Shown piece by piece: positions 50,593 to 64,000 of a DNA stretch of 64,000 nt. The number at the start of each line of letters is the position of its first letter. Position 1 is the first letter of the stretch. A program made the position numbers and the translations under genes. The notes beneath the pieces were generated by a model. The model was given only the letters and a program-made list of their open reading frames with translations, ran no database searches and had not been told where the DNA came from. This stretch comes from Mobula hypostoma (taxonomy: Eukaryota): positions 12,772,001-12,836,000 of the forward strand of contig NC_086108.1 in assembly GCF_963921235.1 (NCBI RefSeq), written 5' to 3'.

Positions 50593-52605
50593 GCATCTGC
50601 AGAATTCCTGTTGTTTAGTAACATTTAGGAACTATATTGTTCTGGTCTGCATAATCTGGACTATAATAATTTGGGGCTGCATGCTCCTGGTCTTCATCTT
50701 CCAGGTCGTAACAATTCTGAGCTACATTGTATTAGCCTGTATAATTCAGGCAGTAACAAACCAGAACTGTATTGTCCTGGTCTGTATCAACCAGGCAGTA
50801 ACAATTCCTGGCTGTTTTGTCCTGGTCTGTATAATCCAGGTAGCAACAATTCAAGACAGCATTTCCTCGGTCTGAATAATCCAAGCTGCAATAATTCAGG
50901 GCTGAATTGTCCTAACCTGTCTCATTGAGGCAGTAACAATTCGGGGCTGCATTGCCCTGGTCTTTACAACACGGACAGTAACAACTAGGGTTACATTGTC
51001 TGGGTCTGCGTAATCCATACAGTAACAATTCGAGACTGTATTCTCCTGGTCTGTAGCAACAAGGCAGTAACAATCAGCAAAAGTATTGTCTGGGTTTGCA
51101 TAATCCATACAGTAACAATTCGGGACTGCATTCTCCTGGTCTGTAGCAACAAGACAGTAACAAGTCGTGGCTGAATAGTTCGAAACGATCCTGGCAGCAA
51201 CAATTCTACACAGTATTGTCTTGGTCTGCATAACCCAGGCAGAGACAATTTGTGGCTGAATTCTCCTGGTCTGTATAATCCGGTCAGTAACAATTCGGTA
51301 CTGCTTTGTCCTGGTCTGCGTAATTGGTACAGTAATAACTGGGAATTGCATTGCCTTGGTCTGTATAATCCGGGCAGTAATAAGTTGGGACTGCATTGTC
51401 AAGGTCTGTATAAACTAGCAGCAACAGTTCTTGGCTGCTTTGTTCTGATCTATAAAGTCAGGACGGTAAGAATTTGGGACTATATTGTTCGGGTCTGTAT
51501 AATCTGGACAGTATTAATTTGGGGCTGCATTGTCCAAGCTACATAAACCTGGCAGGAGCAATTTGCTGCTGCATTGTACTGCTCTGTATAATCCAGGCAG
51601 TAGCAACTCGGGATAATATTGTACTGATCTGTATAAACCGGACATTAATAATTCGGGACTGAATTGTCCTGGGAAGTATTAACCTGTCAGTAACAATTCG
51701 GGTGTGCGTAGTCCCGGTCTGTGTCGTCCAGACAGTAACAATTCAAGACTGCATTGCATTGGCCTGTATAATTTCTGCAGTAAAAATTTGGCCCTGCATT
51801 CTCCTGGTCTGTATAATCCAAGCAGCAACGATTTGAGACAACATTGTTCTGGCCTTCCTAATCTAGGTAGTAACAATTCAGGGCTGCATTGTTCATGTCT
51901 GTATAATCCAGACAGCAACAATTTGAGACTGCATCCTCCTGGTCTGTTTAATCGAGACAGTGAAAATTCAGGACTGCATTGTCCTTGTCTGCATAATCGG
52001 GGCAGTAATAATTCAGGAGTGCATTGTACTGATCTATGTCTGCCAGGTAGTAACAATTTGAAATTGTATTGTTCTGGTCTGTATAAGATGGGCAGTAAAA
52101 ATTCCAGGCTCTATTATCCAGGCCTCCGTAAAGCTAGCAGAAATAACTCACAGCTGCATTATAGTGGTCTGTATATTCCGGGCAGAAATATTTCAGGGCT
52201 GCATTGTCCTCCTGGTCTGTATAATTCTGGCAGTAAAAATTCGAGGCTGCATTGTCCTGGTCTGTGCATATCCAGGCAGTAAGCATTCAGGGCTGCATTG
52301 TTCTAGTCTGTATAATCCGGGCAGTAACAATTTGGGGACTGCATTGTACTAGTCTGTATAATCTGGACAGTAATAATTCGGGGCTGTATTGTCCTGGTCC
52401 ATATAATCCAGGCAGTAACAGTTAGAGAATGGTTTCTCCTGATCTGTATAATCCAGGCCGTAATAATTCGGGACTGCATCGGCCTGGTCTGCAACAATTT
52501 GGGACTGCATTGTCCAGGTCTGTATAAACCAGACAGTAACAATTTGCTGCTGCATTGTTGTGGTCTGTATATTCCGGCCAGAAACAATTCAGGGCTGCAT
52601 TGTTT

Positions 52606-53135
52606 TCCTGTCTCTCTGTCTAGGTACCATATCCGATGCGGACTTTGGTGACCATGGTTTTCCATATAGACCTATCCTTCATTTTTTGGATGACTTCCAT
52701 TTCCTCGATGTGTAGCCACCTGACTATGTTATTGATGTACATAAGCTGAGGTCTTCCTCTAGGTTTGCTCCCCTCAATCTTTCCGGAGAGTATGAGTTTT
52801 TCTAGTTTATCTTTCCACATGATGTGTCCTAGGAATCTGAGTTGTCTTTCTCTTATTGTTGGTATGAGTGATCGAACTGCTTGGGCTCTTCTGAGAACTT
52901 CTTCATTTGATGTGTGTGTGGTCCATGATATTTTTAACATTCTTCTGTAGAACTATAACTCAGCTGCTTCTAGTCTCTTTTCCATTGCTGGAGAAATGGT
53001 CCAACATTCACTTCCATAAGTCAGGGTAGAATAAATGTAGCACTGCAATATTCTGTTTTTAGTCTACGTGCTCATCTTTCTGTCTGTTAATATTTCTTCA
53101 TTTTTTAGAAAGCTTCTTTCACCATTGCTATTCTG
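52606..53135 (-). mobile_element. RTE (BovB-like) LINE 3' fragment
   Basis: YGSECWT...MLKISWTTHTSNEEVL...QLRFLGHI...GKIEGSKPRGRP. Confidence 0.9.
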
Positions 53136-53316
53136 TATTTATTTTGTATTGTATTGTTTTCCTAGGATGTTTAATTGGGGCAATAAAAATTCTGGACTGC
53201 ATTGTTCTGGTCTGTATCACCCTTGTAGTAACAGATCAAGGCTATGTTGTCCTGGTCTGCATAATCCAGGCAGTAACAATTCTGAACTGCATTGTACTGG
53301 TCTGTGCAATCTGTGT

Positions 53317-53618
53317 TGGCACGTGGCCAAGTGGTTAAGGCATTCGTCTAGTGATTTGAAGGTCACTAGTTCGAACCTCGGCTGAGGCAACGTGTGTGTC
53401 CTTGAGCAAGGCATGTAACCACACATTGCTCTGCAACGACACCAGTGCCAAGCTCTGTGGGTCCTAATGCCCTTCCTTTGGACAACATCGGTGGCGTGGA
53501 GAGGGGAGAATTGCAGCATGGGCAACTGCTGGTCTTCCATACAACCTTGCCCAGGCCTGCGCCCTGGAAACCTTCCAAGGGCAAATCCATAGTCTAATGA
53601 GACTAACGGATGCCTATA
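53317..53618 (+). mobile_element. tRNA-derived SINE with CORE-like segment
   Basis: Box A tggccaagtgg 53324-53334, box B gttcgaacc 53369-53377; second copy at 18244-18545. Confidence 0.87.
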
Positions 53619-53949
53619 GATCTGGACATTAACACTTCGGGTCTGCATTGTTGTGGTCTACAGTAACCAGATACTAATAATTTGGGACTGCATTTTCCTG
53701 GTCTGTATAATCCTGACAGTAACAATTCGGCCCTACATTGTCTTGGCCTGTATAGTCCAGGCAGTAACAATTGGAGGCCGCATGGTCCTGGTCTTCCTCA
53801 TCCAAGATGTAATAATTCAGGACTGCATTGTCCTTGTCTGTATCAACCAGTCAGTAAAAATTCCAGTCTGTATTGTCCTGGTCTGTATAATCTAGCAGAG
53901 ACATTTCGGGACTGCATTGTCCTGGTCTTTATCATTCAAGCATCAACAA

Positions 53950-56900
53950 TTTGAGCCTGTGTTGGACAGTGTTGGAGATGCAATTGAAGTGATCCTGCAC
54001 AGGTCCTGAGCAGAGCTTGAGAAATCCTGTCTCCATAAAAGAGAGGTTCCGTCTAGCAGACCGGTCATTGTGGGAGCAGTCTGAGTCAGAGTGGTAAGGC
54101 TTTGACTCAACAGGTTTCGGCAAGGCATGTAAGTAAGTTTATTTTGTTATTCTTATTTAACTCTTGAAAGTATAGGTCATATGTTGCAGTGCTAGTTTTC
54201 TGCTGTGGGTGTCAGATGTGGGATTTTCAGGAGACTTGCAGCCTCCCCAATGGCTGCATCTGCACCAGGTGAATCGAGTTGCAGCTCCTTAGAGATCGCG
54301 TTAGGGAACTGGAGCTGCACCTCAATGACCTTCGGCTTGTTAGGGAAAGTGACAAGGTGATAGACAGGAAGCACAGAGAGGCAGTCATCCCAAGGCTACA
54401 GAAGACTGTCAAGAAAAAGAAGGGAAAATGTCAAGACAGTGGAGAGCACCCTGTGGCCAGCCCCTCAACAGCAACTGCTCCATTTTGAGTCCTGTTGGGG
54501 GGAATGACCTACCTGAGGGAAGCAACAGTGGTCATGCCTCTGGGACTGAGTCTCACCCTGTGGCTCAGAAGGGTAGGGAACTGAACAGAATGGCAGCAGT
54601 AATAGGGGACTCTATAGTTAGGGAGACAGTTGAGCAATTCTGTGGACGCCAAAAAGAAACACAGATGGTAGTTTGTCTCCCAGGTACAGTGTCTGTGATG
54701 TTTCTGAATGCATCCACAATATCCTGAAGAAGGAGAGTGAGCAGCCTGAATGAGTTAGTTAGAAAAAGGGAGGAGGTCCTGAAAACAGAAAAGAAGGAGT
54801 TAGGAAGGAAGTTGAGAAGCAGGACCTCAAGGGTAGTAATCTCGGAATTGCTGCCTGTGCCATGTGACAGTGAGGATGGGAATGGAATGAGCTGGCAGAT
54901 AAATATATGGCTGAAGAATTGGAGCAGGAGACAAGGATTCAGATTTCTGGATAATTGGGGTCTCTTCTGGGGCAGGTGGGACCTGTACAAAAGGGACGGG
55001 TTGCACTTGAATCCGAGTGGGACCAATATCCTTGCGGGCAAGTTTACTAAAGCTGTTGGGAGTGTTTTAAACTAATATGATAGGGGGTGGGAACCAGTAC
55101 GATAGAGCTATAGATGTGCCAGCAGGTTTACAAGTAGATGATGGGTGTAACATGAATGTAAGGAAAGAGAAGCCATTGATTGGGTACAAATACAGACAGA
55201 GCAAAGAGTTAAATGGTACCACAGGGTCAAAATTCAAAAGGCGAAGAATGCAGGACTGAAGGAATTGTATTTAAATGCATGTAGTATTGGGAATAACGTG
55301 GATGGAATCATGGTGCAATTAGAAATTAGTCAATATGACACGGGCATCACTGAGTCATAGTTGAAAGAAGGTCAAAGTTGAGAGCTTAATATCAAATGGT
55401 ATACTTTGCATCAAAAGAACAGGCAGGAAGGCATAGGTAGTGGTGTTGGTAAGAGATGGAATTACATGTTTAGAAAGAGGTTATATAGGATCGGAGAATG
55501 TTTAATCTTTGTGGGTGGAGTTAAGAAACTGTAAGGATTATAAAAACCATTATGGGAATCATACAACCCTCCAAATATTAGTCAAAGTTGCAAAGGGAGC
55601 TGGAAAAGGCATGTAATAAGAGTAATGACACAATTGTAATGGGGGACTTCAATATTCAAGGGAAAAATCACATTGGTGTTGGATCGCAAGAGAGGGAATT
55701 TATTGAATGCCTACAAGATGGCTTTTTAGAGCAGGTTGGGCTTGAGCCCTCTGGTGGAAAGGCTATCTTATATTGGGTGTTGAGTAATAATCCAGATTTT
55801 ATTAGGGAGCTTAAGGTAAAGGAACCCTTAGGAAACAGTGATCATAATATGATTGATTTCATATTGCAATTTGAAAGGGAGAAGCATAAGTCAGATGCAT
55901 TATTATCACAACGGAATAAAGGGAATTACAGAGGCATGAGAGAGGAGCTTGTCCAGACGGATTAGAGGGGGACACTGAAGGGAATGACTGCTGAGCAGAG
56001 ATGACTGAAGTTTCTGGGAAAAGTTCACAAGGTGCAGGATAGATATATCCCACAGACGATGAAATTCTCAAATTTTAGGGGCAGGCAACCGTGGCTGAAA
56101 GGGGAAGTTAAGGACTGCATAAAAGCCAAAGAAAGGGCATATAATGTAGCAAAAGTGACTGGGAAGTTGGATGATTGGGAAGTTTTTAAAATCCAACAAA
56201 AATCCATTAAAAAACTATAAGAAGGGAGAAGATGAAACAGGAGAGCAAACTAGCCAATAATATAAAGCAGGATACTAAACGTTTTTTTCAGTTATATGAA
56301 GAGTGAAAGTAAGGTAAGAGTTGATATTGGACCTCCGGAAAATAATGCTGGTGAGGCAGTAATGGGGGACAAAGAAATGGTTGATGAATTTAATAAGTAT
56401 TTTTATTCAGTCTTCACTGTGGAAGACATTAGCAGTGTGCCAGAGGTCCGTGAGAGTCAGGGAGCAGGAGTGAGTGCAATTGTTATTACAAAGGAAAACA
56501 TGCTAGGCATACTGAAAGGTCTTAAAGTGGATAAGTCACCTGGACCAGATGAACCTCATCCGAGAGTCCTGCGAGAGGTTGCTGAAAAGATAACGGATAT
56601 ATTGGTCATGATCTTTCAAGAATCACTTGATTCGTTAGAAAATAAAAGCAAGGAAATAATGCTGAGGCTTTACAAGACACTAACCCGGCTACACTTGGAG
56701 TACTGTCGACAGTTTTGGGCCGCATATCTCAGAAAGGATGTGTTTGTCATTGGAGAGAGTCCAGAGGAGGTTCAAGAGGATGATTCCAGGAATGAAGGGT
56801 TTAACATATTAGGAGCTTTAGGCCTGTATTCACTGGAGATAAGGTGGAGATGAAGAGGTTGTTTTCAATGGTGGGGGGGTGTCCAGAACTAGAGAGCACA

Positions 56901-57190
56901 GCCTCAGAATTGACGGATGATCCTTTAGAACAGAGCTAAGAAGGAATTTCTTTAACGAGAGAATAGTGGATTTGTGGCATGCTCTGCCACAGACAACTAT
57001 GGAGGCCAAGTCCTTGGGTATATTTAAAGCAAGAATTGATAGTTTCCTGATTGGTCAGGGCATGAAAGGTAATGGTGAGAAAGCAGGTGCAAGGGGTTGA
57101 GTGGGATCTTGGATCAGCCATGATGGAATGGAGGAGCAGACACGATGGGCTGAATGGCCTAATTCTGCTTCTATGTCTTAAGTTCTTACG
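53950..57190 (+). mobile_element. Degraded near-full-length CR1 (5' UTR, ORF1, endonuclease; RT deleted; 3' tail)
   Basis: ORF1 LQLLRDRVRELE, VIGDSIVR, DGLHLN; EN IVMGDFNI, LGNSDHN; jump FQESLDS->LENKSKEIMLRLYK at ~56632. Confidence 0.9.
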
Positions 57191-60100
57191 GTCTTTTGGT
57201 CCTTGTTTGTATAATAGAGGCAGTGACAATTCGGGACTGCATTGGCCTGGTCTGCATAAGCTTGGCAGTAACAATTCGGGGCTGTATTGTCCAAGTCTAT
57301 AAACCAGACAGTAACAATACGGCACTGCATTATCCTGGTCTGTATAATCAGGGGAGTAACAATTTGGTGCTGCATTGTCCTACTCTGTACAATCCGAGCA
57401 GTAATAATTCGGTGCTGCATTTTCCTGGTCAATATACTCCAGGTATTAACAATTTGAGTCTGTGTTGTCCCAGTCTGTATCATCATGGCGTTAATAATTT
57501 GGGATGGCAGTGTCCTGGTCTTTATAATTGGGGCTGAAATAATTCAGAAGTGCATTGATCTGGTCTGTATTATCCAGCAGTAAGAATTTCAGACTGCATT
57601 GTCCTGATGTGTGTCAACAGGGCAGTACCTATTTGGCGCTGCATTGTCCTGGTCTGTATTATCTGGGCAGTAACAATTCGAGGTTGCATTCTCCTCTTGG
57701 TCTGCATAATTAGAGTAATAACAATTCAGGGCTACAATGCCATGGTCTGTATAATCCAGACAGCAACAAATTGGGACTGCGTTGTTCAAGTCTGTATAAT
57801 AATGGCAGTAACAACTTCGGCATGCATTGTCTTAGTCTGTTTAATCGGGGCAGCAATAATTTGACACTGCATTATCCAGATCTACATGCGATCCACAGTA
57901 AACATTTGGGTCTAAATTGTCCTCCCGGTGTATAATTGGGGTGGAAAAAAATCGGAGTTGCATTGTCCTGGTCTGTACAATTCTCGTAGTAACATATCAC
58001 GGTGGCATTTTCCTTGCCTGTATAATTGGGGTAGTAACAATTTGTACTGCATTGTACTGGTCTGTTAAATCCATACAGACACAATCCGTGATTGCATTGT
58101 CTTGGTCTGCATAATCCAGGCAGTAACAATTAGGAGCTGCATTCTACTCCAGGTCACTATAATTTGGGCATTAACAATTCAGGACTGCATTTTCCTGGTC
58201 TGTATCAACAGGTCAGTAACAATTGGAGGCTGAATTGTGCTGATTTTCATAATCCAGGTAGCAACAATTCTGGACTATATTCTCTTGGTCTGCATAATCC
58301 AGGCAGTAACAATTGCATTGTCCTGGTCAGTATCAACAGGGTGGTAGCAATTAGCAGCTGCATCGTTCTGGTCTATATAATCCGGGCAGTAACAATTTGG
58401 GGTTGCATTCTACCCCAGTCAGTTCAATCGGGGCAGTAGCAACATAGGGCTGCATTGTTCTAGTCCGCGAATTGGGGCAGTAAATTTTTGGGACTGCATT
58501 ATCCTGCTCTGTATAATCTTGACAGTAACAAGTCAGGACTGCATTGTCCTGATCTGTATAATCCAGGCCGTAACAATTCGAGACTCCATTGTCCTGGTCT
58601 ACATAACCTTGGTCATAACAATTTGAGGCTGCATTGTCAAAGTCTGTATAATTGGAGCAGCAACAATTCGAGACTGTGTTGTCCAAGGCTGTATAATGCA
58701 GGCAGTAACAATCAGGGCATGTATTGTCTTGGTCTGTTTAGTCAGGGCAGCAAAAATTTGAGGCTGTATTGTTCAGGTCTACATAAGATGGGCAGTTCGG
58801 GGCTATATTGTCCTCCTGGTCTGTATTATTGAGGCAGAAAAATTTGGGGTTACATTGTCCTGGTCTCCAGAATCCTGGTAGTAACAATTTGGGGCAGCAT
58901 TTTCCCCCACCTGTATAATCAGGGTAGTAACAATCCAGGACTATATTCTATTGGTCTGTTAAATCCACACAAGCAGAATCTGTGGCTGCATTGTCCTGGT
59001 CTGTATCAATGAGACAGTGATTACTCAGGGCTGCATTCTCATGGTTGTATAATCCAGGCAGTAATGATTTGGTGCTGCATTGTGCTTGTATGTATAACAC
59101 GGGCAGCAAAAATTCAGAGATGCATCTCCTCCAGGTCGGTATAATCGAGGTAGGTACATCGTGCAACTGCATTGTCCTGGTCTGTGTAATCGGGGCAGTA
59201 AATTTTGGAGACTGCATTCTCCTGGTCTGTATAATCGTGGCAGTAACAAGTGGGGACTGAATTGTCCTGGTCTGTATAACCTGGCAGTAACTACTCAGGG
59301 TTACAGTGTCCAGGTCTGTATAATTGGGGCAGCAACAACTCGAGACTGTGTTGTCCAGGTCTTTATAATACAGCAGTAACAATTCTGGACTGCATTGTCT
59401 TGGTCAGTTTAATCGGGGCAGCAATTATTCAAGACTGCATTGTCCAAGTCTACATGTGATTGGCAGTGACAATTTGGGGCTATATTGTCCTCCTGGTCTG
59501 TGTAATTGGGGCAGTAAAAATTCGGGGTTGCATTGTCTGGGTCTGTACGATCCTGGTAGAAACACTTCAACAGCATTTTCCTTGCCTGTATAATGGGGCA
59601 GTAACAATTTGGGATGAATTGTACTAGGCTGTTAATTCCACGCTGAAACAACCCGTGACTGCCTTGTCTTGGTCTGCATAATCCAGGCAGTAAGAATTAC
59701 GAGCTGCATTTCCTATTCAGCATAGTCAGGGCAGTAACAATTGGGCACTGCATTGCCCTGGTCTGTATAACCGGGGCAGCAACAACTCGGGACTGCACTT
59801 TCATGATCCCTATAACTGGGACAGAAACAATTTGGTGCTGTGATGACCCCCGGTCTGTATAATTGGGATAGTAAAAATTTGAGGTTGCATTGTCCTACTC
59901 TGTTCCACCCTTGGTGGTAACAATTCAGGGCAGCATTTTCCTCGCCTGTTACAATTCAGGGTGCATTGTATTGGTCTCTCAAATCCACGCAGAATCAATC
60001 TGCGACTGTCTTGTCTTGGTCTGCATAATCCAGGCAGTAGCAATTAGGATTTGCACTGTCCCAGTCTGCATAATAAGGATGGTAAAAATGCAGGACTGTA

Positions 60101-63100
60101 TTATACTGGGTAGTGTAATCTGGATGATAAAAATTTGGGTCTGAATTTTCCTGGTGTGTATCATCATAGCGTTAATAATTCAGGACTGCAGTGTCATGCT
60201 CTGCATAATTGGGGCTAAAACAATGCGGGGTCGCATTGTCCTGGTCTGTATCATCATGGCGTTAACAATGCAGAACCGCATTGTCCTGGTCTGTATCATC
60301 ATGGCGTTAATAATGTGGAACCTCATAGTCCTGGTCTGTATCATCATGGTGTTAACAATTCGGGACTGCATTGTCCTGGTCTGTATAATCCAGGTATCAA
60401 TAATTCGAGACCATGTTATCCTGGTCTGTAAAATACAGGCAGTAACATTTCAAGATATCATTGTTCTGGTCTACATAAGTTTGGCTGTTACAATTCGGGA
60501 CTGCATTGTACTGGTCCGTTATAAACTATAAAGAAACAATCCATGACTGAATTGTCTGGCTCTGCATAATCCAGACAGTAACAATTAGGGGCTGCAATGT
60601 CCTAGTCTGTATAATCAGGGCAGTAACAATTTGGGAATGCATTTTCCTGGTCTGTGCGATCCTGGCAGTATCAATTTGAATCTGCATTGTTGTGGTCTGT
60701 GTAATCCAGGCTGTAACAATTATGGACTACATTTTCCTGGTCTGTATAATACAGGCTGTAACAATACAGGGCTGCATTGTCTTCATCTGTGTAACCCCAG
60801 CAGTAGCTATTCAGGACTACATTGTCCTGGTCCATATAATCCAGCCAGCAACAATTTGAGGATATGTTGTCCTGATCTGTATAAACCAGGAAGTAAGAAT
60901 TCGGGACTCTATTTTCCTGGTCTGTATCAACCAGGCAGTAACAATTCCCAGTTGCATTGTCCTGGTCTGCATAACACAGGCAATAACAAATCAGGACTGT
61001 GTTGTCCTGGTCTGCATAGCCCAAGCAGTAACAAATCAGGACTGTGTTGTCCTGGTTAGTATAATCTGGGCAGTAACAATTTGGGACTGCATTGTCCTAG
61101 TGTGTATAATCCAAGCAGTAAAATTTCAGGGCTACATTGCTCTGATCTGTATAATCCAGGCAGTAACAATTCGAGATTGCATCGTCTGGGTCCATATAAG
61201 ATTGGCAGTAGCAATTCGCAGCTGCATTGTCCTCCTTGTCTGTATAATTGGGGCAGTAAAATTTTGGGGGTTCATTGTCCTGATCTTCAAAATCCTGATA
61301 GGAGCACTTCAAGGCAGCATTTTCCTCGCCCTGTGTAATCAGGGTAGTAACACGGTGGGGGTGCATTGTACTGGACTCTTTAATCCATGCAGAAACAACC
61401 CATGATTAAATTGTCTTATTCTGCATAATCCAGACACTAATAATTAGGGACTGCATTGTCCTGCTCTGCATAATTCGGACATAAACAATTCGGGTCTGCA
61501 TTGCCTTGTTGTTGTAATCCTAGCAGTAGTTTATTCGGGATTACATTGTACTGGTCAGTATAATCTGGGCAGTATTGTCCTGGCCCATATAATTCAGACA
61601 GCAACCATTCGAGGATATGTTGTCCTAATCTGTATAATCCAGGCAGTAACAATTCGGAACTGCATTGTCCTGGTCGTAACAATATGTGTCTGCATTGACT
61701 TGGTCTGCATAATCCAGCAATCCAGGCAGTAACAATTTAGGGCTGCATTCTCCAGGTCTGTATAAATCAGGCAGTTTTAATTCGGCGCTGGATTGTCATG
61801 GTCTACATAACCGGGAATGTACCAATTTCAGACTATATTGTCCTGGCATGTCAGCAGGGCAGTAACAATTCAGAACTGCATTGCACTGGTCTGTATCAAC
61901 CCAGCAGCAATGATTCAGTGCTGTAATCTCATGGTCTGTATAATCCAGAGGCAACAATTTGAGACAGTGTTGTCCTGGTCTGTATAATCCAGGCAGAAAT
62001 AATAGCCAACTGCATTGTCTTGGTCTGTTTAATGAGGGCAGTCACAGTTCGGGACTGCATTTTCCTGGTTTTTGTAATCCAACCAGAAACAATCAAGGGC
62101 TCCATTCTCTTGGTCTGCATAATCCAGGCAGTATCAATTCAGGCTGTATTGTGCTGATGTGTATAATCCAGGCAATAGCTATTCAGCACTGCATTGTACT
62201 GGTCTGTATAATCTGCACAGAAACAATACGAGGCTGTATTTCCCTGGTCCGTAAAATCCGGGCAGTAACAATATGGAATTGCATTGACCTGGTTTATATC
62301 AGCCAACGAGTAGCAATTCCATGCTGCATTGTTTTGGTCCATATAATCCTGTCAGCAACAATTCAAGGATATGTTGTCATGATCAGTATAAATCCAGGAA
62401 TAACAATTCAGAGCTGCATTGTCCTGGAGTGTACAACCCCGGTCATAGCAATGTGGGTCTGCATTGGCCAAGCAGTAACAATTCAGGACTGCACTCTCCA
62501 GTTCTGTATAAACCAGGCAGTAATAATTTGGTGCTGCATTATCCTGGTGGATGTAATACAGGCAGTAAGAATTCAGGGCTGCATTGTTCTGATTTTATAA
62601 TCCAGGCAGTAACAATTTGGGACTGCATTGTTCTAGTCTGCATAATTGGAGCTGTAAGAATTCGGTACTGCATTGTCCTGGACTGTATAATCAGGGCAGC
62701 AAAAATTTGAGACTAATTTGTCCAGGTCTATGTAATACAAGCTGTAACAATTAGGGACTGCATTGCCTTGTTCTGTTCAATCAGGGCAGTAACAATTCAA
62801 GATTGCATTGTCCATGTCTACATAAGATTGGCAGTAACAATTCATGGCCACATTGTCCTTCTCCGTGTATAATTGGTGCAGTAAATTTTTTGGATTTCAT
62901 TGTCCTGGTCTGCAGGATCCTGATAGTAGCATTTCAGGGCAGCAATTTTCCTTGCCTATATAATCGGGGTAGTAACAATTCAGGATTACATTGTATTGGT
63001 CTTCATAATCAAGCCTGTAACAATTCGGGATGGCATTGCATTGGTCTGTATAATTGGGCAGTAGCAATTTGGGACTGCGTTTCCATGGTCTGTGTACTCC

Positions 63101-63793
63101 AGGCAGTAACAATTCAAGAGTGTGTTGTCCTGTTCTGTTTTAGCTGGGCAATAACAATTCGGGGCTGCATTGTCCAACTCTGTATAATCAGGACAGTAAC
63201 AATAAGGGAAACATTTTCCCCCAACTCTGTACAATCCAGGGTATAAAAACTCAAGGCTACATTATCCTGTTCTGAATAAGGTGTGCAGTAACAATTCAGA
63301 GCTGCATTATCCCAATCTGTGTACTCCAGGCAGTAACAATTCAAGAGTACGTTTTCCTGGTCTGTTTTAGCTGGGCAGTAACAATTCGGGGCTATACAAT
63401 ATGCACAGTAACAATCCCAGACTCCATTACCTTGATCTGCATAATCCTGGAAGTAGCAATTTAGGACTGCATTGTCCTGATCTGTATCAACTAGTCAGTA
63501 TCAACCTGGGGCTGTATTGTCAGGGTGTGTATAATCAGGCCAGTAAAAATTCAGGACTGCATTTTCCTCACCTGTATAATCAGGGCAGTAAAAATTCTGG
63601 GCTGCATTGTCCTGGGCTGTATAATCCAGGCAATATCAATTCTGGTCTGAATTGCTCTGCTGTATATAATCCAGTCAGTAAAAATTCGAGACTGCATTGT
63701 CCTGGTCTGTACAATCCGCGGAGTAACAATCTGGGACTGCATCATCTTGGCCTGCATAATCCAGGCAGTAACAATTCGGGATTGCACTGTACC

Positions 63794-64000
63794 AGTCCAG
63801 AATCAGAGGCCACAGTTTAAGAATAAGGGGTAGAGCATTTAGAATGGAGTTGAGGAAAAACTTTTTCACACAGGGGGGTTGTGGATCTGTGGAATGCTCT
63901 GCCAAAGAAGGCAGTAGAGGCCAATTCTCTGGATTCTTTCAAGAAAGAGTTAGATAGAGCCCTTAAAGATAGCAAAGTCAAGGGATATGGGGAGAAGGCA
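63794..64000 (+). mobile_element. CR1 3' fragment (runs off the window)
   Basis: RGHSLRIRGRAFRMELRKNFFTQ. Confidence 0.85.

Larger units (their letters stand above)
44329..63793. repeat. Degenerate 45-bp tandem repeat array (~12 kb net, roughly 250-270 monomers) interrupted by 8 larger TE insertions
   Basis: Consensus GGTCTGTATAATCCAGGCAGTAACAATTCRGGACTGCATTGTCCT; 15-aa periodicity in the ORF track; copy number is a manual estimate. Confidence 0.96.

Noticed and set aside
53317..53390. tRNA gene (also ~18470-18545 and ~10994-11060)
   Set aside because: Box A/B are present but there is no complete cloverleaf, and the sequence continues into a SINE body found in more than one copy.
44329..63793. 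Repetitive protein gene (LHCPGLYNPGSNNSG, CIVLVCIIQAVTIRD or NCYCPDYTDQDNAVP repeats)
   Set aside because: The unit is 45 bp and its consensus is stop-free in five of six frames, so long ORFs arise automatically. Stops, frameshifts and TE insertions hit all frames and no frame is favoured.
44329..63793. CRISPR-like array (palindromic repeat unit)
   Set aside because: No unique spacers, monomers are contiguous and diverged, there are no cas genes, and the context is vertebrate.

Overview
Eukaryotic vertebrate DNA, most likely from a cartilaginous fish such as a ray or shark (inferred from its CR1 LINEs, V-SINEs, Rex1 and Penelope-like repeats). The window holds the last six coding exons of ERCC2/XPD (+ strand, 1492-15408), then about 27 kb of mostly retroelement DNA. 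After that come a 1.2-kb polypyrimidine tract, a CCAAT/CRE/GC-box promoter, and a probable first coding exon of an unidentified secreted or membrane protein (43647-43783). Its presumed intron 1 is filled by a ~19.5-kb degenerate 45-bp tandem array interrupted by transposons. The most interesting signal lies in the repeats. A ~415-bp non-coding RTE-derived retroposon family (5 copies) begins with a complete HDV-like ribozyme fold, and in two copies target-site duplications place the element 5' end exactly at the predicted cleavage site. Penelope-derived tails also carry minimal hammerhead ribozyme motifs. All six intronic ribozyme-bearing copies lie antisense to the host genes. No activity can be shown from sequence alone. 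Repeat boundaries are approximate, and family assignments come from recalled motifs rather than database searches.
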